Below, piece by piece: positions 9,612 through 19,663 of a stretch of DNA of 32,000 bases. This DNA comes from Alkanindiges illinoisensis DSM 15370 (lineage in GTDB: Bacteria; Pseudomonadota; Gammaproteobacteria; Pseudomonadales; Moraxellaceae): assembly GCF_000619845.1 (NCBI RefSeq), contig NZ_JHUX01000007.1, forward strand, positions 30,001 to 62,000, given 5' to 3'. Made by a program: the position numbers and the translations under genes. The notes beneath the pieces were generated by a model. The model did not search any database. It saw only the letters and a list, made by a program, of their open reading frames with translations, and was not told where the DNA came from. Position 1 is the stretch's first letter; every line of letters begins with the position of its first letter.

Positions 9612-11156
9612 ATGCAACAACTGAATCCATCCGAGATCAGTGCGCTCATTAAACAGCGTATCAGCGATCTGGACACCAGCGCGACCGCCAAGAATGAAGG
9701 TACCATCGTCATGGTATCTGATGGTATCGTGCGTATTCACGGTCTGGCTGATGCCATGTACGGTGAGATGATCGAATTTGACGGCGGCTTATACGGTATG
9801 GCACTGAACTTGGAACAAGATTCAGTCGGTGCTGTCGTATTAGGCAACTACTTAAGCCTGCAAGAAGGCCAGAAAGTTCGCTGTACCGGTCGTGTACTTG
9901 AAGTTCCAGTAGGCCCTGAATTATTGGGTCGCGTTGTCGATGCACTGGGTAACCCGATTGACGGCAAAGGCCCAATCAATGCCCAGGTTAATGATGCTGT
10001 TGAAAAGGTTGCACCTGGTGTAATCTGGCGTCAAAGCGTTGATCAACCTGTACAAACTGGTTATAAGTCAGTAGATACCATGATTCCGGTAGGTCGTGGC
10101 CAGCGCGAGCTGATCATTGGTGACCGCCAGACTGGTAAAACTGCCATGGCGATTGACGCGATTATTGCCCAGAAAGATTCTGGCATTAAATGTGTCTATG
10201 TGGCAATTGGTCAAAAGCAATCAACCATTGCTAACGTGGTACGCAAACTGGAAGAATCTGGTGCGCTGGCTTACACCACTGTGGTTGCGGCCTCTGCCTC
10301 TGAACCTGCTGCCATGCAGTTCCTGGCGCCTTACTCTGGTTGTACCATGGGTGAGTACTTCCGTGACCGTGGTGAAGATGCACTGATTGTGTATGATGAT
10401 CTGTCCAAGCAGGCTGTGGCGTATCGCCAGATTTCCCTGCTGCTGCGTCGTCCACCAGGCCGTGAAGCATACCCAGGTGACGTATTCTATCTGCACTCCC
10501 GTCTACTGGAGCGTGCATCCCGTGTTTCTGCCGCCTATGTTGAGAAATTCACCAACGGCGCCGTAACTGGCCAGACTGGTTCCCTGACTGCATTGCCAAT
10601 CATTGAAACCCAGGCTGGTGACGTCTCTGCATTCGTACCAACCAACGTCATTTCGATTACTGACGGTCAGATCTTCCTGGAATCCTCACTGTTTAACGCG
10701 GGCGTACGTCCTGCAGTAAACGCGGGTATTTCGGTATCGCGTGTGGGTGGTGCTGCACAAACCAAGATTATCAAAAAACTGTCTGGTGGTATCCGTACTG
10801 CACTGGCACAGTACCGTGAACTGGCAGCATTTGCCCAGTTTGCATCAGATCTTGATGAAGCAACCCGTAAGCAGCTAGAGCATGGTCAGCGCGTCACCGA
10901 GCTGATGAAGCAAAAGCAGTATGCGCCGTTCTCCATTGCTGATCAGGCCGTTTCCATTTATGCCTCTAACGAAGGCTATCTGGCTGATGTTCCTGTCAAC
11001 AAGATTGGTGACTTTGAAGAAGCCCTGCTGGCTTATATGCGCTCTCAACACAGTGCATTAATGGACGAGATTGATCGTACAGCCAACTTTAATGGCGATA
11101 TTGAAGCAGGCTTGAAGCAAGGTATTGAAAGCTTCAAAGCAACTCAGGCTTATTAA
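9612..11156 (+). CDS. atpA: F1 subunit alpha
   Basis: 514 aa with Walker A GDRQTGKT and highly conserved alpha blocks ([15 protein letters not shown]; [19 protein letters not shown]). Confidence 0.98.
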   Translation: MQQLNPSEISALIKQRISDLDTSATAKNEGTIVMVSDGIVRIHGLADAMYGEMIEFDGGLYGMALNLEQDSVGAVVLGNYLSLQEGQKVRCTGRVLEVPVGPELLGRVVDALGNPIDGKGPINAQVNDAVEKVAPGVIWRQSVDQPVQTGYKSVDTMIPVGRGQRELIIGDRQTGKTAMAIDAIIAQKDSGIKCVYVAIGQKQSTIANVVRKLEESGALAYTTVVAASASEPAAMQFLAPYSGCTMGEYFRDRGEDALIVYDDLSKQAVAYRQISLLLRRPPGREAYPGDVFYLHSRLLERASRVSAAYVEKFTNGAVTGQTGSLTALPIIETQAGDVSAFVPTNVISITDGQIFLESSLFNAGVRPAVNAGISVSRVGGAAQTKIIKKLSGGIRTALAQYRELAAFAQFASDLDEATRKQLEHGQRVTELMKQKQYAPFSIADQAVSIYASNEGYLADVPVNKIGDFEEALLAYMRSQHSALMDEIDRTANFNGDIEAGLKQGIESFKATQAY

Positions 11157-11252
11157 TCTTCAAGGTTTATCCTGAAGGTTAATACCTGATTCACGGATCA
11201 CATTTGGAAGGTTTAGGGTTTGCCTGAATCTTCCAAATAACAGGTTAAGCGT

Positions 11253-12122
11253 ATGGCAAGTTTAAAAGAAATTCGCGCCAAGGTAGCCAGTATTAAAAGC
11301 ACGCAAAAAATTACGCGTGCCATGCAACTGGTGGCTGCCAGTAAAATGCGTCGTGCGCAGGAGCGTATGTCGCAGGGCCGTCCTTATGCCGAAAATATGC
11401 GCCGTGTGATTGCCCATTTAGTGCAAGCAAATCCTGAATACAAGCATCGTTATATGGTTGAGCGTCCGGTAAAACGCGTTGGCTATATTATTGTTTCTTC
11501 AGATCGTGGTCTGGCAGGTGGTTTGAATATCAACCTGTTCAAGCGTGTGATTCAGCACGTAAAGACCCAGCAGGAACAATCGATTGATGTTCAATTTGCA
11601 TTAATTGGTCAAAAAGCGGTTACGTTTTTCAAGAATTATGGCGGCAAGGTGCTGGGTGCAACCACGCAAGTGGGCGATGCGCCAGGCATGGAACAGTTGA
11701 CCGGGTCTGTGCAAGTGATGCTGGATGCCTTTGATCGCGGCGAGATTGACCGTGTTTATCTGGTGTCCAACAAGTTCATCAATGCCATGACCCAAAAGCC
11801 CCAGATTGATCAGTTGGTGCCGTTGGCGGCAAGCAGCGAAGGCGAACAGCTTAATCGCAGCTATGGCTGGGACTATCTGTATGAGCCAGAAGCCAATGTA
11901 TTACTCAATGGCTTATTGGTGCGTTACATTGAGTCCATGGTGTATCAGGGCGTGGTAGAAAACATTGCTTCCGAGCAGGCTGCCCGTATGATTGCCATGA
12001 AGGCAGCAACTGATAATGCGGGCGAGCTGATCAAGAGCTTGCAACTTATTTATAACAAGCTGCGTCAAGCCGCGATTACCCGGGAAATTTCCGAGATCGT
12101 TGGCGGTGCCGCTGCCGTTTAA
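11253..12122 (+). CDS. atpG: F1 subunit gamma
   Basis: 289 aa, [36 protein letters not shown]...[15 protein letters not shown]. Confidence 0.96.
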   Translation: MASLKEIRAKVASIKSTQKITRAMQLVAASKMRRAQERMSQGRPYAENMRRVIAHLVQANPEYKHRYMVERPVKRVGYIIVSSDRGLAGGLNINLFKRVIQHVKTQQEQSIDVQFALIGQKAVTFFKNYGGKVLGATTQVGDAPGMEQLTGSVQVMLDAFDRGEIDRVYLVSNKFINAMTQKPQIDQLVPLAASSEGEQLNRSYGWDYLYEPEANVLLNGLLVRYIESMVYQGVVENIASEQAARMIAMKAATDNAGELIKSLQLIYNKLRQAAITREISEIVGGAAAV

Positions 12123-12136
12123 CATTTTTAATTTGA

Positions 12137-13546
<1,410 letters not shown>

Positions 13547-13576
13547 CGATACGTTTAGGTTCAGGGAGATTATCTC

Positions 13577-13993
13577 ATGGCAGTAATGCAATGTGATGTA
13601 GTAAGCGTTAAGGAATCCATCTATTCAGGTGCGGTGTCCATGCTTATTGCAAAAGGTGCAGGCGGTGAGCTGGGTATTTTGCCTGGCCATGCGCCACTGG
13701 TAACCTTGCTTCAACCAGGCCCAATTCGTGTGCAACTGGAAAACGGTACAGAAGAAGTGATCTATGTATCGGGTGGTGTGCTTGAGGTACAACCGCATGT
13801 GGTAACCGTCTTGGCGGATACCGCAGTGCGTGCCGGTGACCTTGACGAAGCGGCCATTCTGGAAGCGCGTAAACAGGCTGAAACTCTGCTGGAAAACCAG
13901 CGTGGTGAGCTGGATACCGGTGCGGCAATGGCTGCACTGGCTGAAACCGCCGCCCAGCTGGAAACCCTGCGTAAGCTGAAAAACCGTGCTTGA
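13577..13993 (+). CDS. atpC: F1 subunit epsilon
   Basis: 138 aa, last gene of the operon, with the typical beta-sandwich plus helical hairpin sequence (GELGILPGHAPLVT). Confidence 0.95.
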   Translation: MAVMQCDVVSVKESIYSGAVSMLIAKGAGGELGILPGHAPLVTLLQPGPIRVQLENGTEEVIYVSGGVLEVQPHVVTVLADTAVRAGDLDEAAILEARKQAETLLENQRGELDTGAAMAALAETAAQLETLRKLKNRA

Positions 13994-14013
13994 TAGCAAG
14001 GTTTAAAGCAAAG

Positions 14014-14040
14014 AACCGCCTTTAATCAGGCGGTTTTTTT
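14014..14040 (+). terminator. Intrinsic terminator of the atp operon
   Basis: AACCGCC-tttaatca-GGCGGTT, running directly into a T7 run (14034-14040). It starts 21 nt after the atpC stop. Confidence 0.85.
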
Positions 14041-14178
14041 ATGCCAGCTACAATGCATTCTAAGTATTCTTAAAATAATTATATTCACACTTGGTTATCA
14101 CAAGACGTTCAAATTGAGTACTTGCAGCAAATACATTTCTTTTAAACTTTAAGGCGATGTATAGACTAAAACGCTCAA

Positions 14179-15270
14179 GTGTTCATGTTTAAAATTTTAT
14201 TGCTGGTAATCATTATGCTCACTAGTTTTTCACAGACAGCCGTAGCCAAAGATAATAGCAACCTCACGCTTTGCACGGCGCAAAAGCTACAGGAAGTTTT
14301 GCAACCTGCTACTACAGAACAGCCTAGTGTTTATATTGATTGCTCAATGACGCTGCCAAAAAATGCAAAAATTACCAAGCAGCTTATTTTTGCTGGTGGG
14401 CGCGTAGCCAATATTGTATTTGATGGCAATGGTGCAGAAGTTAGTGCGACTTATGCCAAGCCCTCAGTACTAATTACTTCAAAACAAGATCAGGACACCT
14501 GGCAAGTACCGCATCATATCACCATTAAAAATGCCCAGATTACCGGATCATTACGCATTCACGGTATGGCCGAAAATGGGCAGGGGAAGTTGTTAAAGCA
14601 GTCTTCTCATCAGGCAGGACATACTGAACGCGCACAACAGGCAGCGCCTCATCATATTATTTTAGACAACATTGCCCTGATTGGTGGACAGCATAATATG
14701 ATGTATCTTGCACCGGGCGTGCATCATGTCACTTTAAAAAATAGCCAGTTTATAGGGCAAACAGCTGGTCTTGCATTGTATCTGGATGCGGAAAGTAGCC
14801 ACAATACCATTGAAAACAATGCATTTAAGGTGCAAACCAAATCCCGCGAACTGATTGCCGTGGATGGTTCTGCACATAATATTATTCGCAATAATCGTTT
14901 TATAGATCCTCATCACGGAGCGATTTATTTGTATCGGAATTGTGGGGAAGGGGGCACGGTACGTCATCAGACTTCGCATCATAACCAGATTATCCAGAAC
15001 CAGTTTGAGCTATCAATGAGCAGCAAACTGCCCCTAATTTGGCTGGCTTCCAGAAATGGTGACCGCAATTATTGTGATGCTGACAGTGGCTATGGGTTTG
15101 GCAGTAGTACTAATGATAAGGATTTGGCGCAATATAATACTGTGAGTCATAATAGTTTTAATGTAAAAAATATCCCTAAATTCTATCGATGGGTAATGAA
15201 GGTGGATGACCGATTAATTAAGGTTAGTGCGCAGCCTAATCAACTGAACTGTAACCGGATTTTGGATTAA
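14179..15270 (+). CDS. Secreted right-handed parallel beta-helix repeat protein, His-rich, function unknown
   Basis: Signal peptide MFMFKILLLVIIMLTSFSQTAVA|KD. Seven PbH1-like rungs: HHITIKNAQITG, HHIILDNIALIG, HHVTLKNSQFIG, HNTIENNAFKV, HNIIRNNRFID, HHNQIIQNQFEL, NTVSHNSFNV. The start could instead be ATG 14185. No obvious SD. Confidence 0.7.
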   Translation: MFMFKILLLVIIMLTSFSQTAVAKDNSNLTLCTAQKLQEVLQPATTEQPSVYIDCSMTLPKNAKITKQLIFAGGRVANIVFDGNGAEVSATYAKPSVLITSKQDQDTWQVPHHITIKNAQITGSLRIHGMAENGQGKLLKQSSHQAGHTERAQQAAPHHIILDNIALIGGQHNMMYLAPGVHHVTLKNSQFIGQTAGLALYLDAESSHNTIENNAFKVQTKSRELIAVDGSAHNIIRNNRFIDPHHGAIYLYRNCGEGGTVRHQTSHHNQIIQNQFELSMSSKLPLIWLASRNGDRNYCDADSGYGFGSSTNDKDLAQYNTVSHNSFNVKNIPKFYRWVMKVDDRLIKVSAQPNQLNCNRILD

Positions 15271-15534
15271 GCCTGATAAGAATTTTTATAAACACGATAT
15301 GATTTAAACAGGGATATAGCGTCCTATCCGAGAGCATGGGATATAGGTGCTATATGGATGTTGAAGGCTTATTGCCTTGTCATAACCATAAAGTGAAAAC
15401 TATATTCCATAACTGTTTTTCTCCAATCATTTATAAAAATCTCTTTAATTAAACTATAGAGACATTCATAAATTTGTATAAAAAACAATGGATAATACTT
15501 ATAATGGTGTTCCAATTTCTAACAACAGCAGTAA

Positions 15535-16005
15535 ATGATGAAAAAATTTTTATTACTCATGGGTGCTACCATTTTATTTACAGGTTGTGCTTCTGTACCA
15601 ATGGCAGATAACACGCTGTCCAGTCAGGCCAAACAGTTAAATGCACCAACCGGTGGTAAAGCGGGTCTTTATGTTTATCGCACTAATTCTCCGGTAGGTG
15701 CAGCCCTGAAAAAAGATATTTGGGTAGATGGGGAGTGTCTGGGTGAATCAGCGCGGGGTACATTTTTCTACAAAGAAGTAGAGGGTAACCGTGATCATGA
15801 ACTGGCTACGGAATCCGAGTTTTCTGCCAACAAGCTAACCGTGAAAACAGAAGCTGGAAAAAATTACTTTGTTCAGCAATATATTAAAATCGGTGCATTT
15901 GTGGGTGGTGCTAATCTTAAGCTGGTGGATGAACAAACTGGTAAGGCGGAACTTCAAAAGCTTTCTTTGGCTCAAATGGGTAAATGCAGCAAGCCTCAGC
16001 CTTAA
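15535..16005 (+). CDS. Lipoprotein, DUF2846-like
   Basis: Lipobox LFTGC at residues 14-18. The GKAGLYVYRTNSPVGAALKKDIWVDGECLGE pattern is recalled for DUF2846. Confidence 0.65.
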   Translation: MMKKFLLLMGATILFTGCASVPMADNTLSSQAKQLNAPTGGKAGLYVYRTNSPVGAALKKDIWVDGECLGESARGTFFYKEVEGNRDHELATESEFSANKLTVKTEAGKNYFVQQYIKIGAFVGGANLKLVDEQTGKAELQKLSLAQMGKCSKPQP

Positions 16006-16053
16006 TTAAAGGCTAGCGGTTGGCTCAACTATTATAATAAGTAGCTAAAAAGT

Positions 16054-16082
16054 GCATGAGGGCGTTGTCAAAGCCCTCATGC
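16054..16082. terminator. Bidirectional terminator between the DUF2846 gene and btuE
   Basis: Perfect 10-bp stem GCATGAGGGC-gttgtcaaa-GCCCTCATGC, flanked by AAAAAGT and TTTTAAAA. Confidence 0.8.
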
Positions 16083-16121
16083 TTTTAAAATCGTATTTGA
16101 ACAATAGCTATATTGGATGAT

Positions 16122-16667
16122 TTATTTCGCTAGTTCAGCGTTGATGGCCTCAACAATACGCGGATCATCAGCAGTGATATCCGGTGCAAAACGCGCAACC
16201 ACTTCACCTTGTTTATTGACTAAAAACTTCTCAAAATTCCACAGCACTTCAGGCGCTTCAGTGGTTTCAATCGACAGCCCTTTTAGCCGTTCACGCATAG
16301 AGCCTTCACCAGTTGTTTGCGGCTGGGCTTTGGTGAGCTGGGCATATAGCGGATGCTGGTCGTCGCCCGTCACTGAAATTTTGGAAAACAGTGGAAAATG
16401 CACATCATAGTTCAGGCTGCAAAAGCTGCTGATTTCTTCATCGGTGCCCGGTTCCTGGCCTTTAAAGTTATTGGCGGGAAAACCCAGAATTTCCAGACCA
16501 TCATCTTTTTTGGCCTGATACAGTTTTTCCAGTCCTTCATACTGGGCCGTTAAGCCGCACTTGGATGCTGTGTTGACAATCAGCAGTACCTTGCCAGCAT
16601 ACTGGTTCAGGTTAATGCTTTCACCTTCGATGGTTTTTACCGGAATATCATAAATAGATTGGGACAT
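16122..16667 (-). CDS. btuE: Glutathione peroxidase (BtuE-type)
   Basis: 181 aa. LLIVNTASKCGLTAQYEGLEKLY (peroxidatic Cys), LGFPANNF and WNFEKFLV match the E. coli BtuE blocks. Confidence 0.92.
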   Translation of the reverse strand: MSQSIYDIPVKTIEGESINLNQYAGKVLLIVNTASKCGLTAQYEGLEKLYQAKKDDGLEILGFPANNFKGQEPGTDEEISSFCSLNYDVHFPLFSKISVTGDDQHPLYAQLTKAQPQTTGEGSMRERLKGLSIETTEAPEVLWNFEKFLVNKQGEVVARFAPDITADDPRIVEAINAELAK

Positions 16668-16697
16668 GAGGGTTCCTTTTGAGAGCGTGGTGGGACA

Positions 16698-17219
16698 TTA
16701 AAGTAAAGATTGGGATTGTTCAGGCTTCAAGGCATGTGACATGAGTGCCACCATATGTTGAACCTGATTGCGTAACTGATCGAGTTGTTCAGTCGATAGT
16801 TGAAGTTGACTGGCCAGCGTTTCGGGAATAATAGCGGCTTGCTGTTTAAGGGCATGACCTTGTTGGGTGAGTATAATCAATACCCGGCGTTCATCCTGAG
16901 GATCACGCTGGCGGTCAACCAGTCCATTAGTAGCCAGTCGTTTAAGCAAGGGCGTAAGTGTGCCGCTGTCCAGAAACAGTTTTTGCCCCAGTTCACCCAC
17001 TGTACAGGGCGAGCTTTCCCACAGTACCAGCATCACCAGATATTGCGGGTAGGTCAGGTTAAACTGTGCCAGCACCGGACGATAAAGCCGGTTCAACAAA
17101 TTTGATGCGGCATATAGCGGAAAACAAACCTGGCGATCCAGCAGCAGCATATCCTCAGGCTGTGACAACTCGGTAGATAATGAAAGTTCTTCGGTAGGAC
17201 ACGATATAGAGTCAGTCAT
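16698..17219 (-). CDS. MarR-family regulator, OhrR-like (organic hydroperoxide sensor type)
   Basis: 173 aa. [44 protein letters not shown] reproduces the OhrR N-terminal sensing-Cys context. Winged HTH ([23 protein letters not shown]). Lies 30 bp upstream of btuE on the same strand. Confidence 0.8.
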   Translation of the reverse strand: MTDSISCPTEELSLSTELSQPEDMLLLDRQVCFPLYAASNLLNRLYRPVLAQFNLTYPQYLVMLVLWESSPCTVGELGQKLFLDSGTLTPLLKRLATNGLVDRQRDPQDERRVLIILTQQGHALKQQAAIIPETLASQLQLSTEQLDQLRNQVQHMVALMSHALKPEQSQSLL

Positions 17220-17272
17220 GATGGAAGACTTTTTAAATTTTATTAATTATATTGCTAAAAATTAAATTTTGC

Positions 17273-17290
17273 ACAATATAATTTTATTGT
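17273..17290. promoter_or_regulatory. Candidate OhrR-type operator ACAAT-N8-ATTGT
   Basis: Inverted repeat ACAAT (17273-17277) and ATTGT (17286-17290) in an AT-rich region 54-71 bp upstream of the MarR start. It resembles the published TACAATT/AATTGTA OhrR boxes. Confidence 0.35.
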
Positions 17291-17356
17291 TTTGTAAAAC
17301 GTTTCTTCATTTTAAAAATTAATCTGTGAGGTTAAAAATGAAAAAATCCAGTTTGA

Positions 17357-18112
17357 TTAGCAATGCCTGCGTAAATGGCTGGGGCTTTTTCCAGTCATGC
17401 GCTGGAACATGCCAATAAATGCCGAGGATGATTGATAACCCAGATAGTGTGCAATGCTTTTTATGCTGTGCTGTTTTTCCAGCAGGTCAATAGCAACCAG
17501 CAGCTTGGCCCGGCTGCGCCATTCGTTCAGGCTCATGCCCAGTTCCTGCTGGCTTAAACGCAATAAATGACGCTCGGAAAGCCCTGCAAGTTCAGCACAT
17601 TGTTGTAGGGTAACTAGACTGCCCGGTTGTTGTTGAATTTGCCGTAACACAGGTTCCAGTTTGGCATGATAAGACCACGGCAGGTAATGGTCATAGCAGC
17701 GCGCCTGCTGAATCTGGTCAATAAGCACCTGGGCAAGCCGCTGGTCAGCCGGGGTTTCAGGTCGACGAATATCACGCCTGATAAAGTCATGCACAATGCT
17801 GAGCAGTATTGGACTAATTTCAATAAGTTTGATGCCCGTTGGCAATACAGCACAATATTCCTGCGCAATCACCAGCGTGATATAGCGGGTATTGGCCTGA
17901 CTATGCGCACTGTGGGCTGTGTTGGGTGGCAGCCAGATGGCATATTGCGGCGGCGAAATGTAATCGGTATTTTCAGCATGCAGGTTGATTACACCATGCA
18001 GGGCAAAATTCAGCTCACCCCACGGCACACAATGCGCTTCAATCACGGCATTTTGTGCATATTGATGAATAATACAATCGACATGAATGGGCGGCTGGCG
18101 GTTATAGCTCAT
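17357..18112 (-). CDS. AraC-family transcriptional regulator (cupin sensor plus HTH)
   Basis: 251 aa. The C-terminal AraC HTH signature is LAGLSERHLLRLSQQELGMSLNEWRSRAKLLVAIDLL...IAHYLGYQSSSAFIGMFQRMTGKSPS. Confidence 0.85.
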   Translation of the reverse strand: MSYNRQPPIHVDCIIHQYAQNAVIEAHCVPWGELNFALHGVINLHAENTDYISPPQYAIWLPPNTAHSAHSQANTRYITLVIAQEYCAVLPTGIKLIEISPILLSIVHDFIRRDIRRPETPADQRLAQVLIDQIQQARCYDHYLPWSYHAKLEPVLRQIQQQPGSLVTLQQCAELAGLSERHLLRLSQQELGMSLNEWRSRAKLLVAIDLLEKQHSIKSIAHYLGYQSSSAFIGMFQRMTGKSPSHLRRHC

Positions 18113-18326
18113 GGCAGATGCCGTTCAAATAGTAGTGGTCAACAATAAGAATTTCCAAAAAGTGTTGCAATACACCGGATTGATAACTGCAATTTAAAAC
18201 CCCCTTTTAAAAGTCATCTTTAAGGCAAACTGTCCGAAATTCAGTATAAATGTCTGCTTTAAAGCCTAGGGTGACAATACGACCTTCGCTAAACTATGAA
18301 TGGGCGTTAATCAAAGGAACAGCACA

Positions 18327-19259
18327 ATGGCTTCATCACATTCCACATCCAGTCAATTGCCACAACAGCATGCCTATGTGTATTTGCTGCCGCTGGCGGC
18401 GGTGCTGATCTGGTCAGTTAATGTGATCGTCACCAAGCTGGCAGTGGGAGCAATCTCTGCACTGAGTATCAGTTTTTATCGTTGGGTATTGGCGTTTGTG
18501 CTGCTGAGTCCGTTTGTGTTGCCAAAAGTGTGGCGACAGCGGCAACTGATCTGGCCTTATCTGCCTAAACTGGCTGTGCTGGGTTTGCTAGGCATGCTGA
18601 TGTATCAGGGTTTGTCCTATGAGGCTGCGCATACCACCTCGGCCACCAATATTGGCATTTTAAATGCCATGATTCCGCTATTTACCATTGCCATTGCAGC
18701 AGTGTTGCTGCGTGAAAAACCCACGCTATTTGCCATTATGGGTGGGATTATTTCGCTAACCGGGATCATGGTGCTCATTGCCAAGGGCAACTTGTCAGAC
18801 ATCATTAGTGGGCATTTGAGCAGTTTCCATCTGGGTGATTTGCTCATGCTGCTGGCAGTGTTTTGTTATGCAGCTTATGGCGTATTTACCCGCTGGTGGC
18901 AATTACCGCTGGATTTGCTCACCAATATTTATCTGCAAATTGGCTTTGGCATGCTGTTTCATATTCCGTTTGTGCTGTATGACGGATTTTCACCCATTAC
19001 TGCGCAAAATATCTGGCTAGTGCTGTACGCAGGCACTTTGCCATCGCTGGTAGCTCCGCTGGTCTGGGTAAAGTCTATCCAGCTGATTGGCCCAAGCCGC
19101 ACCAGTATTTTTATTAACCTCACACCCTTATTAACGGCGACCATTGCTGTGTTTTATCTGAATGAACACTGGTACAGCTATCACAGCATGGGTGCACTGA
19201 TGATTCTGGGTGGCGTGATCATGGCACAACTGGGTGCTACCCATAAGACAGGGAGTTAA
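18327..19259 (+). CDS. DMT-superfamily (EamA-like) transporter
   Basis: About 10 TM helices forming two EamA-like halves. Start set to ATG 18327 (AAGGAA SD 7 nt upstream) rather than the track's 18300. Divergent from the AraC gene. Confidence 0.85.
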   Translation: MASSHSTSSQLPQQHAYVYLLPLAAVLIWSVNVIVTKLAVGAISALSISFYRWVLAFVLLSPFVLPKVWRQRQLIWPYLPKLAVLGLLGMLMYQGLSYEAAHTTSATNIGILNAMIPLFTIAIAAVLLREKPTLFAIMGGIISLTGIMVLIAKGNLSDIISGHLSSFHLGDLLMLLAVFCYAAYGVFTRWWQLPLDLLTNIYLQIGFGMLFHIPFVLYDGFSPITAQNIWLVLYAGTLPSLVAPLVWVKSIQLIGPSRTSIFINLTPLLTATIAVFYLNEHWYSYHSMGALMILGGVIMAQLGATHKTGS

Positions 19260-19416
19260 AGTTACTGATGAAAATTAAAAGATTTTGGTGAAATTACAAG
19301 CTCTGCTTGAGCGCAAGCAGGTGGCATTTATTAAATAATGAATTTGGGTTGCTAATGGTTGAGTCAATATCTGCTCACTACTGAGTTAACTGCAACTGGC
19401 TTGAAATATAGCAGGA

Positions 19417-19626
19417 CTAGACCACCACCAATTGCTGGCCTGCAAAACTGACGATTTGCCCGCGAGTAATTTTGCAACGCTTGCGGGTTTCTATCTGACC
19501 GTCCACTTTAACCAGACATTGTTCAATGGCGGTTTTTGCTGCGCCGCCGCTGTCACACCAACCTTCTATTTTTAACAAATCACACAGGGCCACATAGGGG
19601 TGATCATCAAGGTTAAACTGGTTCAT
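19417..19626 (-). CDS. ybcJ: S4-domain RNA-binding protein YbcJ
   Basis: MNQFNLDDHPYVALCDLLKIEGWCDSGGAAKTAIEQCLVKVDGQIETRKRCKITRGQIVSFAGQQLVVV aligns end to end with E. coli YbcJ as recalled. The track's N-terminal extension to 19716 is rejected. Confidence 0.88.
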   Translation of the reverse strand: MNQFNLDDHPYVALCDLLKIEGWCDSGGAAKTAIEQCLVKVDGQIETRKRCKITRGQIVSFAGQQLVVV

Positions 19627-19663
19627 ATAACGTGCCTGAGAATAATAAAGGTAGCGCTTCTGG

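Noticed and set aside
14041-16086. The lower-GC islet, considered as a bounded mobile element
   Set aside because: I found no transposase, integrase, terminal inverted repeats or target-site duplication. Only AT-rich similarity exists at the flanks. It is kept as a compositional islet, not a mobile element.
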